From IMG/VR virus record IMGVR_UViG_3300031520_000047, positions 1-40,133 of that record: a stretch of DNA of 40,133 nucleotides; one strand, 5' to 3'. Shown in pieces: positions 1 through 7,692 of the stretch. The stretch's first letter is position 1. The number at the start of each line of letters is the position of its first letter. The position numbers were made by a program, and so were the translations under genes. Source of the stretch: a virus. Its lineage: Duplodnaviria; Caudoviricetes. Under the pieces are notes generated by a model. That model was not told the DNA's origin. It made no database searches and saw nothing but the letters and a program-made list of their open reading frames with translations.

Positions 1-377
1 CCGGCATCGAACGACTGCACGCCAAAGGAGATGCGGTTGAAGCCTGCCCGGCGCAGAACGTCCAGATGGGCCGTGTCCATCGTGCCGGGATTGGCTTCGG
101 TGCTGATTTCGGCATCGGCAGTCACGGGCAAAGTGTCCAGGACGGCCCGCAGCAGATGCGCCTGGCTCTGCGCGGGGATGGCCGTGGGCGTGCCGCCGCC
201 GAAGAAGATTGTGTCGACCGGCCCCTGCTGCGCCCCGTTCGCGCGCCGGATGTCGGTTTCCAGGGCGTCCACGTAGCGGCGGACACTCGCATCCGTATAG
301 CCGGAGTACGAATTGAAGTCACAATACGCGCACTTCTTGACGCAAAACGGAATATGCACATAACAGCCGATACCCAT
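1..377 (-). CDS. hemW: Host radical SAM heme chaperone HemW/HemN-like, 5' part (runs off the window edge)
   Basis: Manual translation (not in ORF track): MGIGCYVHIPFCVKKCAYCDFNSY...DTIFFGGGTPT...EISTEANPGT...GFNRISFGVQSF; CxxxCxxC and GGGTP motifs of HemN/HemW. Confidence 0.9.
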   Translation of the reverse strand, partial: MGIGCYVHIPFCVKKCAYCDFNSYSGYTDASVRRYVDALETDIRRANGAQQGPVDTIFFGGGTPTAIPAQSQAHLLRAVLDTLPVTADAEISTEANPGTMDTAHLDVLRRAGFNRISFGVQSFDA

Positions 378-396
378 ACTTTTGCCCTATAACCCC
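355..396. other. Left att junction (host arm, CA crossover, phage arm)
   Basis: 377-396 TACTTTTGCCCTATAACCCC is the reverse complement (19/20) of 38463-38482; both flank a CA dinucleotide. Confidence 0.85.
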
Positions 397-415
397 TTTT
401 TTGCGCCAACAATCA

Positions 416-2020
416 TTAGGCAGGCGCAATCAACACGCCGCTTTTGTCCAGGGCAACAACGATGTATGATACCAGAAGCCGAAGCCGATCCCGCTTTTGG
501 CGCAGGGTCAGATTTTCGTCATTCAGCAAAGCGAGCAATTCTTTGCGGCGGGCGGGCGTCAGGGCCGGAGGCGGGGCAGGTACATCTGTGGCCTCAAGCT
601 CAGCTTGGAGTGCGGCCTCTCTGCCGGCAAGGGCAGCGAGGGCCGTGCGCAGTTCCGCCGTCGTCATCAGGTCTTCGGCGTGCTGGGCCTGATAACCAGC
701 GCGCATGCGAGAGACTTTGGCAAGGTCGGCGAGAAGCGCGCCCCGCGCTACGACAGGCCCGCGTGCCGGCAGGGCGCGCACTAGAACAAGGGGCAACGCC
801 GGAGGTCCGCCGGCATCCGGGAAGGGTTCGCCCATATTTGCTCTGCTTAGCTCGGCGCAGAGCAGGCGCAGGATGATGTTTTGGCGGACGGAAAACCCGG
901 CGCAGCACTCCCCGCCGTCGCGACCTTCGGAACGGTAGGTGAGGCGGCGATGATACGAGGCGCAGACATATTTGGAGATATGGCTGTCAGAGTGCCGCCC
1001 ATTTTTTTGATGCGCGTCAGTTTTCCGATGCGCATCAGTTTTCCGATGCGAGGGGTTGCGCTCGGCCATATGCAGCAGGGCCGCGCCGCACAAAGGGCAG
1101 CGCAGCAGCCCGCCGACAAAAAGCCCGCGCTCGGTGGCCTCGGCGCGCCGCCCGGCGCGGCCTGCGAGGATAGCGGCCACCATGTCAAACGTGGCCGCGT
1201 CTACCAGCGGCGCATGAGCGGCAGGGTACCAGGTGTCGCCAAAGGAAACCTGCCCTACATAAGCGCGGTTTTGCAAAGCACGCCCGACAGCGCGCGAAGT
1301 CCAGCCCATTGTCTTGACGGCTTTTCCGCCCCGCCCCCGGTCGCGGGCGCGGGCGGTGGGAACGCCAAGCGCGTTCAGCTCGCGTGTGATCTCCGCGATG
1401 GTGGCCCCGTCCAGGATGCGCTGAAACATGCGCCGCACGACAGCGGCTTCTTTTTCGCGCACGACGAGAGGCGATCCCTGCACGTCTGGGTTTGAGGGCG
1501 CGTAGCCGAACGGATGAACGCCCAGCCCCCGGCCCTGAAGAACTGCCTCAAGCTGCCCCTTCTTGATTTCTGTTTTGAGATTGGCGATGTAGAGCGCGTT
1601 AAAGCCGCGCGCCAAAGTCTCCATCATCGCATCCATCGGGTGCTCGCCGCCAAAGTAGGGTTCGGTGACAGAGCGGATAATCACGCCCACTTTTTTGAGC
1701 TTGTGCTTGACGGCCAGGGAAAAGTATTCATCGCGGGAAAGCCGGTCGCTTTTGTGGATGAGAAGCACGTCAAAGGCGCGGGCATCGGTGGTAGATAGCA
1801 TGGCCTGAAGGCCGGGCCGGTCTTCGGACGTGCCGGAATAGCCGGGGTCTTCAAACGTGTGTGTCACCAGCCAGCCCTGGCACGCGGCGTGGGCCTGGCA
1901 CTCGCGGGTTTGGGCCGGGATGGACAAGCCTTTGTCGGCCTGCTCATCAGTGGACACGCGGGCATAAATGCAGCAGCGCAGGAGGGTATCAGGCTTTAGG
2001 GAGGTGTCAGGGGCAGTCAC
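416..2020 (-). CDS. Large serine recombinase (phage integrase)
   Basis: YARVST catalytic Ser motif, SGT..RPGL, DRLSR, PFGY recombinase domain, CPLC...C zinc ribbon and coiled coil. Confidence 0.95.
   Translation of the reverse strand: MTAPDTSLKPDTLLRCCIYARVSTDEQADKGLSIPAQTRECQAHAACQGWLVTHTFEDPGYSGTSEDRPGLQAMLSTTDARAFDVLLIHKSDRLSRDEYFSLAVKHKLKKVGVIIRSVTEPYFGGEHPMDAMMETLARGFNALYIANLKTEIKKGQLEAVLQGRGLGVHPFGYAPSNPDVQGSPLVVREKEAAVVRRMFQRILDGATIAEITRELNALGVPTARARDRGRGGKAVKTMGWTSRAVGRALQNRAYVGQVSFGDTWYPAAHAPLVDAATFDMVAAILAGRAGRRAEATERGLFVGGLLRCPLCGAALLHMAERNPSHRKTDAHRKTDAHQKNGRHSDSHISKYVCASYHRRLTYRSEGRDGGECCAGFSVRQNIILRLLCAELSRANMGEPFPDAGGPPALPLVLVRALPARGPVVARGALLADLAKVSRMRAGYQAQHAEDLMTTAELRTALAALAGREAALQAELEATDVPAPPPALTPARRKELLALLNDENLTLRQKRDRLRLLVSYIVVALDKSGVLIAPA
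1009..1050. repeat. 18-bp tandem repeat (about 2.3 copies) inside the integrase
   Basis: GATGCGCGTCAGTTTTCC GATGCGCATCAGTTTTCC GATGCG; encodes HRKTDA-HRKTDA-H. Confidence 0.85.
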
Positions 2021-2047
2021 GGGTGCAACCTATGGTAAAATGACGCT

Positions 2048-2239
2048 ATGGATAACACAGTCAAGGTTTATGTGGACACGGCGTTCTTGCGAAACCACTT
2101 GGATGCAATGCAGGCAGAGGTAAAGAAGAATAGAAGCTCGCGTCGGGTAGCGCAAGCGGCTTTGCTGGTGATGACATCGATTCAGGTGGCTTTATTGCTG
2201 CGCCAGGCACTGCCGGTCAAGTCTTTGCCATCGTTGTAA
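2048..2239 (+). CDS. Hypothetical protein, divergent from the integrase
   Basis: 63-aa ORF; extended -10 TGGTAAAAT (2033-2041) 6 nt before ATG, i.e. probably leaderless. Confidence 0.5.
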   Translation: MDNTVKVYVDTAFLRNHLDAMQAEVKKNRSSRRVAQAALLVMTSIQVALLLRQALPVKSLPSL

Positions 2240-2253
2240 TGATATGTTACAAT
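2225..2253 (+). promoter_or_regulatory. Sigma70-type promoter for a leaderless HTH gene
   Basis: TTGCCA-17 bp-TACAAT with TG extension; ATG 5 nt downstream. Confidence 0.7.
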
Positions 2254-2258
2254 AGGCT

Positions 2259-2555
2259 ATGCCTAGACACCTTGAACACCATTCCAAACTTCGCCGCATT
2301 CGTGATGCTCTAGGGTTTTCGGCGCAACAAGTCGCCAACCTTATTGCGCTTCTACTGGGAGAACGCACCCGCACGGGTGCGTCTGTCAGTCAGATAGAGC
2401 AGCGCGGCACAAAAGACATCTACGTCATTGCGGCACTGGCTCAGATTTACAAGCGACCCTTTGGCGAGATTGCCTGCCTTGCTAACCCCGAAAGTGCAGC
2501 AAACAAAGTGTTAGTAAGAGCTATCCATTCCTTGCATCTGCTTCCTGCCTCCTAG
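2259..2555 (+). CDS. XRE/Cro-like HTH protein (paralog of 4816-5073)
   Basis: LRRIRDALGFSAQQVA...SVSQIEQRG...IAALAQIY HTH_3 pattern. Confidence 0.8.
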   Translation: MPRHLEHHSKLRRIRDALGFSAQQVANLIALLLGERTRTGASVSQIEQRGTKDIYVIAALAQIYKRPFGEIACLANPESAANKVLVRAIHSLHLLPAS

Positions 2556-2583
2556 TGCCGGCAGTAGCCACGCCTCCCGGATT

Positions 2584-2597
2584 ATTTCGCGCGAAAT
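2584..2597. promoter_or_regulatory. parS/NBS-like palindrome, copy 1
   Basis: ATTTCGCGCGAAAT, intergenic; repeated at 13779, 18840 and 26761. Confidence 0.65.
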
Positions 2598-2659
2598 GTT
2601 TTAGTGCAGCCTGTCGTTCTGCCTGCAATCACCCGATAGCATAACAAATGCGCAAGCAA

Positions 2660-2890
2660 CTATGGGCGCGGTAGTTTTGCTTCAATGCGCCCCAGCCGGG
2701 TGTCTAAATCGTCAATCTCGGTGGCGATGCTGCCAAGTTTGGTAACGGCCTGATCCATTTTGAAGGATACGTTAGACAAGTGCCTTTCAATACTGGACAT
2801 GTGATTGTTCAAGACTTGCAGATTAATCATCCCTATAATCAGAGGCGTGAAAATAACGAACGTGCACGAATAAGCAGTGATGTCTGTCAT
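2660..2890 (-). CDS. Small membrane-anchored coiled-coil protein
   Basis: Hydrophobic N-terminal segment, heptad-like C-terminus. Confidence 0.55.
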   Translation of the reverse strand: MTDITAYSCTFVIFTPLIIGMINLQVLNNHMSSIERHLSNVSFKMDQAVTKLGSIATEIDDLDTRLGRIEAKLPRP

Positions 2891-2995
2891 GAATGAATTC
2901 TCTCAGTTTTGCATGGGTACCGCTCTCCTATCCGTCGCCTTCTATGCGGTTGCGGTAGGAATTGCAGCCTTGCGCCGACCCTGATGCCTGTGCGC

Positions 2996-3367
2996 TCACT
3001 TGCCTTCCGGCCAATTGCCATCAGCGGCTTCGGCCATGAGCGCGGTCATTTGGTCGTAGGTAATGTGCCACTTGCGGCAAACCTGCGCATGGTATTTAGT
3101 TTCCAGTTCAACCTGCATCTTTGCCGCCGACTGCCCGACGGCAGGCCCAACATCCCGGCGCGCGTGGTCTTCAGCAGCGGCAAGCTGCCCGACAATCTGG
3201 TGACGCTGGGCCAGAGTAAAGCGACGATCTACAGCGGCGCGGTCAGACTTGCCTTCCAATTTGTCCCACATCTGCTGCTGGGTCATCTTGGCGGGTTTAG
3301 CCTGGTGGGGAGCAGCGGTGCAGGGGAGTGCTAAGAGCGCGAGGGCAATTACTATTGGTGGTTTCAT
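2996..3367 (-). CDS. Secreted hypothetical protein (lysogenic conversion candidate)
   Basis: Signal peptide MKPPIVIALALLALPCTA; co-oriented with the repressor operon. Confidence 0.7.
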   Translation of the reverse strand: MKPPIVIALALLALPCTAAPHQAKPAKMTQQQMWDKLEGKSDRAAVDRRFTLAQRHQIVGQLAAAEDHARRDVGPAVGQSAAKMQVELETKYHAQVCRKWHITYDQMTALMAEAADGNWPEGK

Positions 3368-3370
3368 TTG

Positions 3371-3760
3371 TTATTCAGTCGGTTTAATTTCGCGCTTAGT
3401 CCCCTGAGCGTTGCGTAATACAACCATGCCCGTGCCACTACTATTTTCACCAAGCATTGCTTTCACTTTGATGTCGTCTCCGCCGATAGCAACAGTACCA
3501 AGACCGCCTTCGTCAACAGTCACAAGAACTCTAGGCTTACCGTTGCGATCGTATAGGAAAATAGTGGGGGCGCTGTTTTTCATGGAAATCTCTACGCCCA
3601 AGTGCCCATTTGTATCAGTCAGGTCAAACTCGTGGGCTTTTATGACATTCGGAACAGATAACTTTGCAGCCTGCGCGTTTCCAGTCCGCTGCCCAGAGCC
3701 GCCGATAACTATTGCGGCTGCCAGAATAAAAATGCCGCAGTAGTAGTCAATCCTTTTCAC
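3371..3760 (-). CDS. Exported/membrane-anchored hypothetical protein with beta-hairpin repeats
   Basis: N-terminal hydrophobic segment; repeated L.D.NG..R units; GGAGG RBS before GTG. Confidence 0.7.
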   Translation of the reverse strand: MKRIDYYCGIFILAAAIVIGGSGQRTGNAQAAKLSVPNVIKAHEFDLTDTNGHLGVEISMKNSAPTIFLYDRNGKPRVLVTVDEGGLGTVAIGGDDIKVKAMLGENSSGTGMVVLRNAQGTKREIKPTE

Positions 3761-3787
3761 AGTTCATGCCCTCCCTGCTTTGCGCTG

Positions 3788-4231
3788 TTATGTTCTGAAG
3801 CACAACCGCTCCAAGCGCTGCGCAACACGGTGGCGAATGTCGTCAGGGTCATCGCCGCCATCATAGTGATACACAGCGCCGCCTATATCATCCATGCGCG
3901 CAAGGCACGGCCACTCGTCCGCCAATGCGTCAAAAAGCTTTGGGAAGTCATTGACCGCCATCCACTCGGCTAGCTCATGTGCAAGGTAGTGGCACTGCTG
4001 CGCCTTCGACACATTCGGGTTGTATCCACAAAACCACATTCCGCGATCAACGTTGTACCAAAGTCGCGCTGTGTACCCATCTGGGCAGCCCCACATCGGA
4101 GCGGTTTGAATACCAAAGGCGGCATGGAAACGCATCCACCCAGCGGATGTTGTGGGTAGCCTGCCGCCATGTTCGGCAGTGAGATACACGTGGAAAGCGC
4201 GTGCGGTGCGGACGACGAAGCGACTGCTCAA
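3788..4231 (-). CDS. ImmA/IrrE-like metallopeptidase (antirepressor), variant motif
   Basis: YNPNVSKAQQCHYLAHELAE resembles the ImmA N...R.RFTLAHELGH motif; TTG start overlaps the repressor stop. Confidence 0.7.
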   Translation of the reverse strand: MSSRFVVRTARAFHVYLTAEHGGRLPTTSAGWMRFHAAFGIQTAPMWGCPDGYTARLWYNVDRGMWFCGYNPNVSKAQQCHYLAHELAEWMAVNDFPKLFDALADEWPCLARMDDIGGAVYHYDGGDDPDDIRHRVAQRLERLCFRT

Positions 4232-4677
4232 TCTTTTTCTCCGCGCGCTCGGCGGCGCGCATCTACCCAAGCCTGCTCAAAAACCTGACTTGCTATCTCA
4301 AACTCGGCACGTTCCTCAGGCGGCAACTCGGACGCAGGGCCATCATACGATTTTTCACGAATGATGTTTGCCTGATCTACCTCTCCTTCAGTTTGTATTC
4401 GGCGGGCGAGTAATCCATTCTGCAAAATCTGCGCGGCTATTTGTGGCTCGGCCCAATCTTTCGTGAGTGCTTCCGCTAGGGCCTTGACAACTTTAACAGA
4501 GGGTGTTTTTTCACCTTTCTCAATCTTACCAATGTAGGTTGTGTCAATGCCTGCCGCCTCAGCCAGCTTATCCTGTGTTATACGTGTCCGCATTACAGAC
4601 AAGTAATCTTGCTGAGCTGATAAAAGCCAACGAGAAATGGGTGGTAGTTTTTCGTCTGTGTGACTTCGACGTGGCAT
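4228..4677 (-). CDS. Immunity repressor (XRE HTH)
   Basis: ITQDKLAEAAGIDTTYIGKIEKGEKTPSVKVVKALAEAL; divergent from cro; GAGG RBS before ATG 4677. Confidence 0.9.
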   Translation of the reverse strand: MPRRSHTDEKLPPISRWLLSAQQDYLSVMRTRITQDKLAEAAGIDTTYIGKIEKGEKTPSVKVVKALAEALTKDWAEPQIAAQILQNGLLARRIQTEGEVDQANIIREKSYDGPASELPPEERAEFEIASQVFEQAWVDARRRARGEKD

Positions 4678-4781
4678 ATATTTCCTCGGCGCAAGCAGCA
4701 TACAAACTGACATATTTCGTCCTCCTCTTGCTTAGACACAGTATAAGACTAAAAGTCGCATATTACAATAGAAAAAAAGTC

Positions 4782-4810
4782 TTGTATTTTACGGACTTTT
4801 AGTCTATAAT
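4782..4810 (+). promoter_or_regulatory. Early lytic promoter (cro), leaderless
   Basis: TTGTAT-17 bp-TATAAT; ATG at 4816. Confidence 0.8.
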
Positions 4811-4815
4811 GTGGT

Positions 4816-5073
4816 ATGAACACCCTGGAAAATCCCCCTGCGCCGCGCATCATGCCAGAGGTACGTGTCGCAAAAAATCTTTCCCCTTCGGATGTGGCAG
4901 AGGCAATGCGGCTTATTCTGGGCGAAGAAAAGCGGCATTTTACATCTGTCACCAAGATTGAAAAGCACGGCGTCCTCAAGGTAGACACCATCCGAGCATA
5001 CGCCCAAGCGGTCGGTGTCCCCTTTGAGGAGGCACTGGCGTACTTTGAGTCAAAAGCCCAAGAAAATAATTAG
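4816..5073 (+). CDS. Cro-like HTH regulator
   Basis: VRVAKNLSPSDVA...SVTKIEKHG...TIRAYAQAVGV; divergent from the repressor. Confidence 0.85.
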   Translation: MNTLENPPAPRIMPEVRVAKNLSPSDVAEAMRLILGEEKRHFTSVTKIEKHGVLKVDTIRAYAQAVGVPFEEALAYFESKAQENN

Positions 5074-5102
5074 AAAAAAAGTCTAAAACACGCCATATTT
5101 TA

Positions 5103-5131
5103 TAGACTAAAAGTCTAAATTCCGGTATACT
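5103..5131 (+). promoter_or_regulatory. Second early promoter overlapped by an operator
   Basis: TAGACT-17 bp-TATACT; the -35 box is the left half of the perfect operator. Confidence 0.7.
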
Positions 5132-5170
5132 AACCCTGTAACCAATCAAAACGCAAAGGAGCCGCAGACA

Positions 5171-5380
5171 ATGCTGAAATTGAAGAAGAAGCCGCTTTAT
5201 ATTGCTGGGAGTTTCGCCATGGAAAGGCGTGTAGGGGGCGGCTTGTGGCTGGCTGACCAATACAACAAGGGTTACGGACTCATCGAAACGATTACCGTGG
5301 CGGCTTCTATGCCGGTCGAAGTGACGTATATCTTGCGCTGGCGTGGCGGCTGGCTCAGACGCTGGCACTGGACGCGATAG
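5171..5380 (+). CDS. Hypothetical protein
   Basis: AAGGAG RBS; first ORF after the promoter. Confidence 0.55.
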   Translation: MLKLKKKPLYIAGSFAMERRVGGGLWLADQYNKGYGLIETITVAASMPVEVTYILRWRGGWLRRWHWTR

Positions 5381-5457
5381 GCAGTACTGCCTGAGACACA
5401 AAAAAGCCCCCGCGCTGCTGTCACAGCCGGGGACACGACCTGAAAGGACAATTTCAG

Positions 5458-5985
5458 ATGCTTCAGTTTACCCCAACAGTGGCCGCAAAAGTACGCGAAT
5501 GGGACAAAGCAATTTCCATTCAGTCGCCCCACGGCAAGCCCCTTTCGGAGCGCGTCGTTTTGAGCGAAGACGACGGCGCGTTCTCGCTGATGTACGAAGC
5601 CGACGATGAGGCGGTGTACGGCTACTACAAGCGCAAGGCGGGCGGCGAGCTGCCTCCCGCCCCGAACTACCTGCTGACCGTGCAGGACGGCATGATCGTA
5701 AGCTGTGACTGCGAGGACTGCGACGGGCGCAAGCGGCTGTGCAAGCATGGCGTGTGGCTGGCTTTGTTGTCCGACTTTGGCATCCCCTCCCCTTCGCGGC
5801 AATTCCTGACGCAGCCTGCCGTGATTGCCACGGCCAAGACCGGGGAAGCCGCAGGCGGTGACATGGTGGCGCGCCGCATTGCTCCGCGCCTCAGCGGATT
5901 AGTGGACACGATGAAGCGCCCTGCCGCCCGGCCTCGGCCCGCCATCGTGCCAAGCACAGATTTAGACGTGAGTGATTTTAAGTGA
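5458..5985 (+). CDS. SWIM zinc-finger protein
   Basis: SCDCEDCDGRKRLCKH fits CxC-xn-CxH; AAGGA RBS. Confidence 0.8.
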   Translation: MLQFTPTVAAKVREWDKAISIQSPHGKPLSERVVLSEDDGAFSLMYEADDEAVYGYYKRKAGGELPPAPNYLLTVQDGMIVSCDCEDCDGRKRLCKHGVWLALLSDFGIPSPSRQFLTQPAVIATAKTGEAAGGDMVARRIAPRLSGLVDTMKRPAARPRPAIVPSTDLDVSDFK

Positions 5986-6014
5986 GGGCGCAGCCCTAGA
6001 AATGGACGGTTGCG

Positions 6015-6140
6015 ATGCCTCACCTAGAGTTAAACCTGAGCCTTGGCGACGTGCTTGTCGCCCTGCATCTGCTGCGCCTGTCTGCGCGCTATGCCCGCCG
6101 CATCGAAGCGAGCCGCGTGCGGCGCTGGGGGGTTAAGTAA
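6015..6140 (+). CDS. Small hypothetical protein (41 aa)
   Basis: MPHLELNLSLGDVLVALHLLRLSARY...; stop overlaps the next ATG (TAATG). Confidence 0.35.
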   Translation: MPHLELNLSLGDVLVALHLLRLSARYARRIEASRVRRWGVK

Positions 6141-6370
6141 TGCCGCTTATCGTTCCCGACGACACTGGCCCGATCGAGCTGTTTCCCCTGCGTCCGGGCG
6201 GGCCGCTGCGCTTTCGCGAGCTGACGGCGCGCGAGCACTGGCTTTGGCTCCAGAAAAGCAGCATGATCTGCGGCGGCGGGTTTTGGACGGCAGAGATGCA
6301 GGCGCAGGCCGAGATGCACTATGACGAGCACACGGACAATGCCCACATGGGCAGAAAGGCGGCGGCATGA
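6140..6370 (+). CDS. Hypothetical protein
   Basis: Translationally coupled early ORF. Confidence 0.6.
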   Translation: MPLIVPDDTGPIELFPLRPGGPLRFRELTAREHWLWLQKSSMICGGGFWTAEMQAQAEMHYDEHTDNAHMGRKAAA

Positions 6371-6591
6371 TGACCAAGGAAATGACTATTGACGAAGCGC
6401 GCCAGAAGCTCCCTTGCTTTGTCAAGGCCGCGCATGATGCCTTTGAGATGTTGTGGCAGACTGGCAAGCGTACCCCGGCCCAGTGCCTCGCCGCCGCCCA
6501 GCAGCAGGCAAGGGTGGAAGCCGCCGTCATCAGCATCCGTCTGCGCCAGCGCCGCGAACAGCAAGACCGAAAGGAGCACGCCCGTCCATGA
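6367..6591 (+). CDS. Hypothetical protein
   Basis: ATGA overlap with neighbours. Confidence 0.6.
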   Translation: MMTKEMTIDEARQKLPCFVKAAHDAFEMLWQTGKRTPAQCLAAAQQQARVEAAVISIRLRQRREQQDRKEHARP

Positions 6592-6797
6592 CCATTATCA
6601 ATCAGATCACAATTCTCTACGACATGCCCGTCATAATCAGCGGCACGCTGATGGCGGTAAAGCAGGGCGACGTGCTGACGGTCTTTCACCAGAGATCAAC
6701 TGAGGTAGAGGGCGACCGGTATATTCCTGCCGCGCTTGCCTATGAGCTGCTGCGTTCGCGCCGGGCGACTTGCAAGGAGATCGACCATGAGTATTAA
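6588..6797 (+). CDS. Hypothetical protein
   Basis: MTIINQITILYD...; AAGGAG RBS, ATGA overlap. Confidence 0.6.
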   Translation: MTIINQITILYDMPVIISGTLMAVKQGDVLTVFHQRSTEVEGDRYIPAALAYELLRSRRATCKEIDHEY

Positions 6798-7206
6798 ACA
6801 TTTGGGCGTTAAGCCTTTGGCATCGGCGGCGCGCACCTACCGGCAGTACGCTGCGCCCCGGAACGCCCGCGACCGGGCGCAGATTGAAGCGGACTTGCAG
6901 CGGCTGGACGTGGACATTGCCGCGCATGTCACGCAGTCGCTCGCCCAAATTGACCTCACCTGCCCGGTCGCGCCCTATGAGGTCTTTGAATGGCGCCACG
7001 CAAGCCACCCGCAGTATGAGCGGTGGCGCGACGACTTGTTTGCGTCTCGCTACTGGGACGCGGCAGACGCGGGGGCGGCGGAAAGCGGGCCGGAAGGCCG
7101 CACGTTCCCGCTGCTGGACACACTGACGATCTACCTGGTGGGGATTTTCAGCACGCTGCTTGTGCAGGGCATTTGCCGCATGTTTGCAGCCTGGGGAGGG
7201 CACTAG
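6787..7206 (+). CDS. Hypothetical protein with C-terminal TM helix
   Basis: MSIKHLG...; AAGGAG RBS; hydrophobic TLTIYLVGIFSTLLVQGIC. Confidence 0.6.
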   Translation: MSIKHLGVKPLASAARTYRQYAAPRNARDRAQIEADLQRLDVDIAAHVTQSLAQIDLTCPVAPYEVFEWRHASHPQYERWRDDLFASRYWDAADAGAAESGPEGRTFPLLDTLTIYLVGIFSTLLVQGICRMFAAWGGH

Positions 7207-7208
7207 CG

Positions 7209-7493
7209 ATGGATGCACCTATCTACACAAACGAGGCAGGCACCAAGCAAACCAGCATTGCCCACCCTAACGGCAAGGGCGTGTTCTGCGACCATTGCGG
7301 CGATGGGTTCCGGTCGCGAGACGAAGTGCGTGAGATGCCCGATGCTGTCCTAAACCCGTACCCGGAAACCTTGTACCTGTGCCAGCCGTGCGCCGAGTGC
7401 TTGGCACAGGAGCAGGAAGAAGACCACGAAACAGGCCGGGAGCCCGCCCTTGAGAACGGGTGGAACCACTACGGGGCAGGATGGAGCGTCTAA
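7209..7493 (+). CDS. Zinc-finger hypothetical protein
   Basis: MDAPIYT...CDHC...LCQPC; GGAGG RBS. Confidence 0.6.
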   Translation: MDAPIYTNEAGTKQTSIAHPNGKGVFCDHCGDGFRSRDEVREMPDAVLNPYPETLYLCQPCAECLAQEQEEDHETGREPALENGWNHYGAGWSV

Positions 7494-7494
7494 C

Positions 7495-7689
7495 ATGTTT
7501 CCCCCGCCCGCCATTGACCATATCACAACTGAGCGCGAGACGCCGACCACGCTGCGCCTGACCTGCTGCCAGTGCGGCGAGACGGAGCGCCTGGAGAAAA
7601 CCGAGAGGGACGCGAAGGCGTTTCCCGGCTACATCCAATTTTACCGCGAGCATAGCGCTTGCAAGCCTACCAAAGAAACGGAGAATTAA
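7495..7689 (+). CDS. Small Cys/His hypothetical protein
   Basis: MFPPPAIDH...CCQCG...HSAC; GGAG RBS. Confidence 0.55.
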   Translation: MFPPPAIDHITTERETPTTLRLTCCQCGETERLEKTERDAKAFPGYIQFYREHSACKPTKETEN

Positions 7690-7692
7690 CTG

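Larger units (their letters stand above)
4746..5117. promoter_or_regulatory. Five operator-like sites, consensus AGACT-N3-AGTCT
   Basis: 4746 AGACTAAAAGTC, 4770 AGAAAAAAAGTCT, 4793 GGACTTTTAGTCT, 5072 AGAAAAAAAGTCT, 5103 TAGACTAAAAGTCTA. Confidence 0.8.

Noticed and set aside
377-379. Alternative att core TA/TAC
   Set aside because: Gives shorter attP arms and puts the promoter-proximal ATG out of frame with hemW; the CA/CATA core fits better.
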